A stretch of 64,000 bases of DNA, from NCBI GenBank assembly GCA_001821765.1, contig MHOA01000006.1, positions 4,389-68,388 of the forward strand. Direction: 5' to 3'. The notes under the pieces are model-generated. The model was not told where the DNA came from, ran no database searches, and saw only the letters and a program-made list of their open reading frames with translations. A program made the translations under genes and the position numbers. Of the stretch, positions 30,999 through 37,883 are shown piece by piece. The first letter of the stretch is position 1; each line of letters starts with the position of its first letter. This DNA is from Candidatus Ryanbacteria bacterium RIFCSPLOWO2_12_FULL_44_26 (GTDB lineage Bacteria; Patescibacteriota; Minisyncoccia; Ryanbacterales; HO2-45-13).

Positions 30999-31007
30999 TG
31001 TGGATAA
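30999..31007 (-). promoter_or_regulatory. Perfect DnaA box
   Basis: TGTGGATAA on the + strand, intergenic between ruvC and the acidic ORF. Confidence 0.6.
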
Positions 31008-31032
31008 TTTGTATATTGCGTTTGGAAAACAC

Positions 31033-31518
31033 TCAACGCATAGCAGCAGACATGTTCAGCGCAGCTGATGCCAAAGCTATTGCAACAGCATCATACACAT
31101 CGTCAGGCCCGAGATCTTCTTTGAAACGCAATATCTTTTTTACCATACCGCTCACCTGCGTTTTATCCGCCTTTCCATAACCAGTGAGCGCCACTTTTAC
31201 CTGCAGCGGCGTTGGTTCTATGGTGGGTATGTGTTTTTGCGCCAAAAGCACCAATATGACGCCTCTGGCCTCGGCGACTGACATCGCTGACTTGCTATTG
31301 ACGGTAAAGTACAACGTTTCAACTCCGGCCAAGGAAGGGGTGGCTCGTTCCAACACCTCCAAGAGTTGTCTGTAGATCAAATCAAGCCGCTCCCCCTTCG
31401 TTTTAAGAGGAGATGTCTTGATGAGTCCGCTTTCCACCAACTTGTCTTGGGTGTTTGTGTGGTCGATCACCGCGTACCCCACACGCTCGAGCCCGGGATC
31501 AATTCCAACAACCTTCAT
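31033..31518 (-). CDS. ruvC: Holliday junction resolvase
   Basis: GIDPG, EARGVI, GYGKADK and DDVYDAVAIA motifs. Confidence 0.97.
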   Translation of the reverse strand: MKVVGIDPGLERVGYAVIDHTNTQDKLVESGLIKTSPLKTKGERLDLIYRQLLEVLERATPSLAGVETLYFTVNSKSAMSVAEARGVILVLLAQKHIPTIEPTPLQVKVALTGYGKADKTQVSGMVKKILRFKEDLGPDDVYDAVAIALASAALNMSAAMR

Positions 31519-32060
31519 GTTTTTTTCTCGTTTGTGAAGACGTTTTGGACGTCGTCATGGTTGTTTAACGCGTCAAGTAATTGCATAAAATAATCCTTGT
31601 CTTTTGGACCGAGGTCTACCAGCAAATGCTTTTTCGGAGCCCATATACCTCTTACGTGGTCAAACGCCCAAAGCACGCTTCCCGGAGACGCTAGCTTTCC
31701 ATGATGGGAGTTCAGTATATGTTTTATTTCTCCTAAAGATCTATTTGTGTTGTCTGTAATTCCCAACACAAGCATAGCAACCCCTCCCGGTCCATAGGCT
31801 TCGTACAGGAATTCTTCCAGCTTTGTTTCGCCTTCCCCAGTCCCGCGGCGCATTGCCCGCGCAATATTTTCTGACGGCATGTTTAACGATTTGGCTTTTT
31901 CAATGGCCTCTCGGAGTTTTGTATTCCCGGACGGGTCCGTTCCCCCTTCTCGAGCCGCCACAGCAATCAGTCGCGACAGCTTTGAGAACAGCTGTCCACG
32001 GCGCTCATCCGCCGCCGCTTTTTTGTGTTTGATTTGAGACCACTTGGAATGTCCTGACAT
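31515..32060 (-). CDS. YebC/PmpR family protein (shortened)
   Basis: MSGHSKWSQIKHKK, YEAYGPGG and TDNTNR motifs. Confidence 0.95.
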   Translation of the reverse strand: MSGHSKWSQIKHKKAAADERRGQLFSKLSRLIAVAAREGGTDPSGNTKLREAIEKAKSLNMPSENIARAMRRGTGEGETKLEEFLYEAYGPGGVAMLVLGITDNTNRSLGEIKHILNSHHGKLASPGSVLWAFDHVRGIWAPKKHLLVDLGPKDKDYFMQLLDALNNHDDVQNVFTNEKKT

Positions 32061-32138
32061 TATTTGCACATCTCCAGTTAAAAAAACTCCTTAAAGTGTG
32101 TAATAAGATAATGGATAGCGGATCTATCGTCTTAAGGC

Positions 32139-32645
32139 TTAGGAATCTTTCCGTAACTTCTCGCTTTGCGATAATATTATACTTTTTGCTTGGTTGCAAT
32201 GCGACACGTCTCGTATTGAGAAACTTGTCTCGCCTGCAGTTTGCACAGTAATATTTCCAAAACCAAGGAAAGTCGCAAGTATGTTTGGGATAGAAACCGT
32301 CACATCTTGCACGCGTGTCAGTGAAAACTCGGAGATTCTTCTATGAAACAGCGCCACCTGATCAATATCAATGACCCGCTCTGTGGTAATAACCCAAACG
32401 TCCAGCCAGTATTTTATCCAGACCACAAATAACCAACCCACAACAACCATCCAATAAAGAGTGATTATGAAAAACAAAAAAGGCCCAACCCCGCCGCCAG
32501 GCAGTTTTTGAAACAAACCCCCAAACAGAACGAGTATTATGGGAATCAAAAAAAGCAGCACCGTGGCAACAACCTGTCCCGCTATAACAATCCAGTGCCT
32601 GTGGAGCACCAACAACACCTTTTCGTTTTTTTTAAGTTCAATCAC
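32139..32645 (-). CDS. Membrane protein with a bacterial PH domain
   Basis: Two TM helices; ITTERVI...RVQDV...LGFGNITVQTAG. Confidence 0.85.
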   Translation of the reverse strand: MIELKKNEKVLLVLHRHWIVIAGQVVATVLLFLIPIILVLFGGLFQKLPGGGVGPFLFFIITLYWMVVVGWLFVVWIKYWLDVWVITTERVIDIDQVALFHRRISEFSLTRVQDVTVSIPNILATFLGFGNITVQTAGETSFSIRDVSHCNQAKSIILSQSEKLRKDS

Positions 32646-32863
32646 AGTTGCACATTGAAACCAAGGTCATTCCACGGCACCTTCAGAAATGCCATAAAAG
32701 AAAGAAACGCCAACGCCACCGTCATCGCGACAAACATTCTTGTGTACACTCGCCCCTCTTTGCCGGGTGCGCTGTATTTTCTTACGTGGTGTAGAATTGC
32801 CGCGGTAAAGGCCGCATAACCTACAAGGAACAGAACATACAATAGCAGCGCTAGCCGAAACAT
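32642..32863 (-). CDS. Small two-TM membrane protein
   Basis: Fits the operon between ruvB and the PH-domain gene, with a 4-nt overlap. Confidence 0.7.
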   Translation of the reverse strand: MFRLALLLYVLFLVGYAAFTAAILHHVRKYSAPGKEGRVYTRMFVAMTVALAFLSFMAFLKVPWNDLGFNVQL

Positions 32864-32869
32864 GTTTTT

Positions 32870-33907
32870 TTAGAAGAATCTTGATTGTTTATCATTTGAT
32901 ACATCTATCCCAAGATGTTTAAACGCATGGATGGTAGCCACCCTTCCCTTGGGAGTGCGCTCAATAAACCCAAGACGGATAAGGTATGGCTCGTAAACCT
33001 CTTCTATGGTGCCGACATCTTCCGATATGGAAGCCGCAAGGGTATTTAAACCAACAGGCCCTCCTCTATGCTTGATGATCAAAGATTTAAGAAGTCTTCG
33101 GTCCTCTCCATTCAGTCCTTTTTCATCAATATCCAACAACTCCAGCGCCTCCATGGCTATTGCGCGGGTGATTTCCTTGCTTCCAACGACGTCGGCGACA
33201 TCACGGCAACGCTTCAACAGCTGGTTCGCTATCCTCGGGGTGCGACGGCTCCGAAGAGCAATCTCCCGGACGGCATCTTTTTCGGTTAAGATGCCCAATA
33301 TATTGCTCGAGCGCTCCACTATGTTTCTGATGTCGCTTTCATCATAAAACTCAAGTCGAAACACGCCCCCGGAAAAACGTGATCTTAAAGGCGAGGAAAG
33401 AAGAGAGATACGTGTTGTCGCGGCAATCAATGTAAAAGACGGGAGGTCTAACTGGATTGTTCTGGCCGACGGTCCTTTCCCGATAATAATGTCAAGCGCC
33501 CCGGATTCCATCGCTGAATATAACATTTCTTCGGCAAGCTTGTTTATGCGGTGAGCCTCGTCAATAAATAATATATCCCCCTCGGAGAGATTTGTAAGAA
33601 GCGCGGCAAGATCTCCGACACGCTCTATCACCGGGCCGGATGTGACTTTTATCTGCGCATTCATTTCTTTTGCCACAAGGTGCGCTAAAGTGGTTTTGCC
33701 GAGCCCAGCAGGCCCATACAAAAGCAGGTGCTCAACAGGTTCTTTGCGCTTTTGCGCCGCCTCGATGAGAACCGACAATGCTTTTTTGACTTGCTCCTGC
33801 CCCACATACTCTTTCCACCGCCTCGGACGCAATGCAGCGTCCAGGCGTCCAGGCTCAGGTCTTTCTCCGACTTTCTCTTTTTTGTTTTTATTGGGGGGGG
33901 TTGACAC
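32870..33907 (-). CDS. ruvB: Holliday junction branch-migration helicase
   Basis: LRP, GPAGLGKTT, FIDEAHR, EPYL and RTPKGR motifs. Confidence 0.98.
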   Translation of the reverse strand: MSTPPNKNKKEKVGERPEPGRLDAALRPRRWKEYVGQEQVKKALSVLIEAAQKRKEPVEHLLLYGPAGLGKTTLAHLVAKEMNAQIKVTSGPVIERVGDLAALLTNLSEGDILFIDEAHRINKLAEEMLYSAMESGALDIIIGKGPSARTIQLDLPSFTLIAATTRISLLSSPLRSRFSGGVFRLEFYDESDIRNIVERSSNILGILTEKDAVREIALRSRRTPRIANQLLKRCRDVADVVGSKEITRAIAMEALELLDIDEKGLNGEDRRLLKSLIIKHRGGPVGLNTLAASISEDVGTIEEVYEPYLIRLGFIERTPKGRVATIHAFKHLGIDVSNDKQSRFF

Positions 33908-33929
33908 GCGCAGGTTTTTTTGTTAGACT
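33901..33929 (+). promoter_or_regulatory. Sigma70 promoter driving the antisense structured RNA
   Basis: TTGACA-17 nt-TAGACT, with an extended TG. Confidence 0.6.
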
Positions 33930-33935
33930 AAAGTG

Positions 33936-34148
33936 TTATTGATTTTTACCTAAAAATGGCTTTTTGCCAGAACACTCTGGGCAATTGAGGTTATCCTTAT
34001 CTGGGCCGTCTTCCAGCCTAGGACAGCTTGGCCTCTCGCTTTTGCGAGAACAGCTCCGCTGCTCCTCGAAGAAGGCTCCCTAGCTCCGCGCATCATTGCT
34101 TGCCGGAGCGGTTGCCCGGAGCGTTCTGGCCGTAAAGGCGTCAAAATG
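33936..34148 (+). ncRNA. Structured non-coding RNA, candidate 6S RNA-like (strand tentative)
   Basis: GCCAGAACACTCTGGGCAATTG pairs with CGGTTGCCCGGAGCGTTCTGGC (~22 bp). Central bubble, inner stems and a terminal TCTCGC-TTTT-GCGAGA hairpin. Promoter upstream. Confidence 0.6.
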
Positions 34149-34150
34149 TC

Positions 34151-35824
34151 TTAAAACTCGCCGGCAACGCGAATAAGCTCGGCAACGCTGGTAATTCCTT
34201 CGGCTGCTTTTAGTATACCGTCTTGGTGCAACGTTAGCATCCCTTGTGCTCTTGCGGCATCCAACACCTCTGCCTCCGAGGGATTTTTAAAAATCAGTTT
34301 TTCGATTTTTTCGTCAATCGCAAAAACCTCAAATATGCCGATGCGGCCCTTAAATCCAACCATATTGCAGGCCTCACAACCGTCCGCCTCCCAGAATTTT
34401 ATATGTTGTAAGTCCGGCCTCTTGTATGGTTTTGGAAGCCCTTTTAGTATTCGTTCCGCATAGTCAAGGTCTCTTGCGGAAGGCGCGTACTGGTGTTTAC
34501 ATTGTTGACACAGGTGCCTGATCAATCTTTGAGCAATGGCCACGTTTATGGCCGGAGCTATGATGTTTGGTTTGGCGCCGATGTCAATGAGTCTTGGGAT
34601 TGTTGCCGGAGCATTGTTGGTGTGGAGAGTGGAAAATACAAGGTGTCCGGTGAGTGCGGCATGTAAAGCGGTGCGCGCGGTTTCGAGGTTGCGGATTTCT
34701 CCAACGAGTATGACATCAGGATCTTGTCTGAGAATTGACTGGAGGCCGGTTTCGAACGTATATTTTCCGTTGGTATCCACTTGTGTTTGGGTGATGCCCT
34801 TGATATGGTATTCAACCGGATTTTCAATAGTTACAATGTTGATTTGGGGCGAGTTTATCTTTTTTATGAACGCGTACAGCGTTGTGGTCTTTCCAGACCC
34901 TGTCGGTCCCGTCGTTAAAATCATGCCGTTAGGTTTTCGAATTTCCTTGGAAAGCAGTTCGTAAACCGGTTGCTGCATGCCGAGCTCTTCAAGCGAAAGA
35001 CTGATGGTTTTGGGATTAAGTAAACGCAGCACCGTAGTTTCCCCAAAAGGACCCGGAAGTGTTGAGGCTCGTATCTCAATATCCTCGTCCGCGGCGCGTA
35101 TGGTAAAGCGCCCATCCTGCGCACTGTCGCGGACGTTCAGCTTTAACCCCGACAGCAGTTTAATACGAGAAAGGAGCAACTTATACAACTCATGCTTAAA
35201 CGATGTTATGTTGTGGAGCATGCCGTCAAGGCGGAGGCGCATGGTCACCGTTTCTTCCGAGGGTTCAATATGGACATCTGATGCGCCAAGTTTAAGGCCG
35301 CTTGCCAGAATAAGTTGCAGCAGTTCCGTTGTGTTCATTCGCGGCCCTTTTGCAATGAGGTCTCGGAGCAATTCAGCTACATTGTCAAAAATTTTTAAAC
35401 GTTCTCCAAGCTCAGCCATCTGCGATTTTCCGATGACAATCATTCCCTCAAAAGTTTCCGTCCCTTTTGTGATTTCCCTATATCTTTCCCACGTGTGTTG
35501 TAGCCCTGCAGGCGAAGACAAATAAAGGTTAAAACTGTAACCGTTTTTCCTCAACTCTGTAAGGAAGGATTTGGTGTGCGGAAGCGTCGGGTTTTTAACA
35601 GCAATGTCAAGGATTCTCCCTTTTCTTCTTATGATAGCGACGCCATTTTCTTTGGCTATTTGTTCGGATATCGTGTTCAGCGCCTCAAGATCAATTGAGG
35701 CGCGAAACAAGTTCACGTATGGGATTTTATACTTTTCGGAGAGAATGCGGGCAAGATCTTCTTGTTCTCTTTTTTTAATTACTTCAAGCTGTTCTTCCTG
35801 TTTTTTTTCATCGAATGTCACCAC
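34151..35824 (-). CDS. pilB: GspE/PilB type IV pilus assembly ATPase
   Basis: ASDVHIEP, QDGRF, GPTGSGKTT, LRQDPD, TGHLVFSTLH and the Cys tetrad. Confidence 0.9.
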   Translation of the reverse strand: MVTFDEKKQEEQLEVIKKREQEDLARILSEKYKIPYVNLFRASIDLEALNTISEQIAKENGVAIIRRKGRILDIAVKNPTLPHTKSFLTELRKNGYSFNLYLSSPAGLQHTWERYREITKGTETFEGMIVIGKSQMAELGERLKIFDNVAELLRDLIAKGPRMNTTELLQLILASGLKLGASDVHIEPSEETVTMRLRLDGMLHNITSFKHELYKLLLSRIKLLSGLKLNVRDSAQDGRFTIRAADEDIEIRASTLPGPFGETTVLRLLNPKTISLSLEELGMQQPVYELLSKEIRKPNGMILTTGPTGSGKTTTLYAFIKKINSPQINIVTIENPVEYHIKGITQTQVDTNGKYTFETGLQSILRQDPDVILVGEIRNLETARTALHAALTGHLVFSTLHTNNAPATIPRLIDIGAKPNIIAPAINVAIAQRLIRHLCQQCKHQYAPSARDLDYAERILKGLPKPYKRPDLQHIKFWEADGCEACNMVGFKGRIGIFEVFAIDEKIEKLIFKNPSEAEVLDAARAQGMLTLHQDGILKAAEGITSVAELIRVAGEF

Positions 35825-35838
35825 TCTGTCATTGTATC

Positions 35839-36690
35839 CTATAGGGTTGTCTTGAGCAATTTCCTTGCCTCGAGTTCTGCTTCTGTGAAGCTGTTAAAAT
35901 CAGGAATAAGGAAATAGTCGCTTTTCGGAACGACTCCCAACTTAGATGAGAGCACGGAAAGAGCCCGGGCATCTTTTGAGTAAATGAGCCCTCCAACCGA
36001 TTCCTTCGGCGATCCCTGCCAGAGCACCACTACAAAACGAGGAAGTCCCGCAAGCGCCGCGATAACGCTCGTCATCGGAAAAATAGCCGTTGGAGCAGTG
36101 TTCGTCTTTGTGAAATCTGATGGAGCAAGAAAAGACCAAAAAGTGTTCAGCTCCTTTTCCGTACGAGCACGGGCAAGTAACCTGGAAAGGAGCGGCAAAG
36201 AACTGACACCAGCCGGTTGTGGCGGCGTGCCCCCTTTTTTAAGAAAGAAGAATTCTTGTCCGTTTGTATTTCTGAGGCGCGAGGCAAGAGTTTTTTTTGC
36301 CTCATCCTCATTTAAAAATCCTATAGCAACAACCAAATCACTTTCCGGCAGCATTTGTTCAAATGCGAAACTGCTTTTTGTGATGGGATTATAACTTGTA
36401 AAAAATACCACCAGCTTCTCGCCCTGTTTCTCATATCGGAGCTCCTCAATCGGGAAGCGGCTGGTGTCAATAGAGACCGCGAAGTCCTTGGGGGCCAGCG
36501 CTTCGTCTTCAAAAAGCGCATGCCAACTGCTCCGCACTGATTCTTCTCCACCGACGATAAACACTTTTTCGCCGCCGGCCTTCCTTATGGCGAATGCGGC
36601 GAGCAGTATCTCGTCTGAAGTATCATCGGGCACAAGAACAGCAACACTGTTCGCGTTGTCTATTTTTTCCTTTAAATCGCGCATGCTCAC
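35839..36690 (-). CDS. Hypothetical protein, possibly a degenerate DHH-phosphoesterase-like fold
   Basis: 283-aa ORF; N-terminus resembles DHH enzymes but there is no DHH motif. Confidence 0.55.
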   Translation of the reverse strand: MSMRDLKEKIDNANSVAVLVPDDTSDEILLAAFAIRKAGGEKVFIVGGEESVRSSWHALFEDEALAPKDFAVSIDTSRFPIEELRYEKQGEKLVVFFTSYNPITKSSFAFEQMLPESDLVVAIGFLNEDEAKKTLASRLRNTNGQEFFFLKKGGTPPQPAGVSSLPLLSRLLARARTEKELNTFWSFLAPSDFTKTNTAPTAIFPMTSVIAALAGLPRFVVVLWQGSPKESVGGLIYSKDARALSVLSSKLGVVPKSDYFLIPDFNSFTEAELEARKLLKTTL

Positions 36691-36780
36691 GGATTATTCT
36701 TATCATATAAAGGCGGTTGTCGCAATACTTTCTTATGGGGCTTGGTTTGGTTTGGGGCGTTGTCAGCCGGCGTTGGTGTG

Positions 36781-36809
36781 TTGACACATCGGGCTTTAAG
36801 GTGTATAAT
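36781..36809 (+). promoter_or_regulatory. Consensus sigma70 promoter
   Basis: TTGACA-17 nt-TATAAT. Confidence 0.85.
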
Positions 36810-36872
36810 TACCGCAAATCAACAACCGCTCTTTCTTTGCAAAAAAGAAAGAGCCAGAAGGAAGGAAATGCA

Positions 36873-37328
36873 ATGAAAGCTCTTTTGATGTTTTTGGTCG
36901 CGGCATGCGTGCTTGCTTTGCCGGCGGCTGTCTACGCCGGCGGTTGTCACTATCACGGCAGCCGGCTGTGCTGTTTCGAGCACGGCCGTAGCGCCTATGG
37001 CGGCTACGACGATGGCTACAGGAACTACGGTGACTCCGGCAATCTTCTCGAGTATCGGCTTGAGTCGGCAGCTGCTGATGGAGCAGCGGGACTCATCCGA
37101 ACAGTAAGTGGCGCCGTAATTACCGGCGCACAGCAAAGAATGTTTCAGGCCACCGAGCCGTCCGGAAAAACCGGTTGCCAGCCGCACGACGTAGAATGTC
37201 GGCGGCAAGCGGGAGCAGAAGCAGGTCGGCTGGCCGGTCTTTCCAGATCGGCTGCCGTTGCAGAGCAGGAGGCATATCTGCAGGCGCTGTGTGATGCACA
37301 CCCAGCATCTGCAGAGTGTCGAAGGTGA
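36873..37328 (+). CDS. Orphan secreted protein (151 aa)
   Basis: AGGA Shine-Dalgarno; signal peptide MKALLMFLVAACVLALPAAVYA; consensus promoter and terminator. Confidence 0.75.
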   Translation: MKALLMFLVAACVLALPAAVYAGGCHYHGSRLCCFEHGRSAYGGYDDGYRNYGDSGNLLEYRLESAAADGAAGLIRTVSGAVITGAQQRMFQATEPSGKTGCQPHDVECRRQAGAEAGRLAGLSRSAAVAEQEAYLQALCDAHPASAECRR

Positions 37329-37353
37329 GCAGTCGCGTGTCGCACGCGATAGG

Positions 37354-37389
37354 GAGCGGCAGTGCTTTTAAGCAGTGCCGCTCTTTTTG
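37354..37389 (+). terminator. Rho-independent terminator
   Basis: GAGCGGCA...TGCCGCTC stem followed by TTTTT. Confidence 0.8.
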
Positions 37390-37424
37390 TTTTCATGTTC
37401 TGGGCGGCGTGCTAACCTAAAACC

Positions 37425-37883
37425 ATGCTTGTTGAGATTAACACAACATCTGAACGGGAGACGAAAAAAGTGGCAGCATTGCTGGCGGAGGAAATAATGA
37501 AAGAAAAGCTTCGCCGCCGACACGCACTCATCATTGCCCTTATCGGAGAGCTGGGCGCCGGAAAGACCACATTTGTTAAGGGGTTTGCACGCGGTCTTCA
37601 TATTGCGGGGCGTATATTGTCTCCAACGTTTACCCTGCTTAAGGTTCACCCCTTGGAGGCAAAATACTACAGTTTTTTGTATCATGTCGATTGTTACCGA
37701 ATTACCGCAAGGGACGTAAAACGGGCACTTGGATGGGAAAAACTTTTAAAAGACCGAAGGAGTATCGTTGTTGTTGAGTGGGCTGACCGCATAAAAAAAC
37801 TTTTGCCAAAAAGGCGCATTGACGTGTTTTTCTCTTGCAGCAACAAAACCTCTAGAACGCTAAAGATGGTGTTTCATGAGTAA
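37425..37883 (+). CDS. tsaE: t6A biosynthesis ATPase
   Basis: GELGAGKTTF, SPTFTL, HVDCYR and VEWAD motifs. Confidence 0.96.
   Translation: MLVEINTTSERETKKVAALLAEEIMKEKLRRRHALIIALIGELGAGKTTFVKGFARGLHIAGRILSPTFTLLKVHPLEAKYYSFLYHVDCYRITARDVKRALGWEKLLKDRRSIVVVEWADRIKKLLPKRRIDVFFSCSNKTSRTLKMVFHE

Noticed and set aside
34040-34090. SRP RNA
   Set aside because: AGCAGC is present on the minus strand, but the CAGG...GNRA domain IV arrangement is not.
33950-34144. 64-aa minus-strand ORF
   Set aside because: No recognisable protein features; extensive base pairing explains the region better as RNA.
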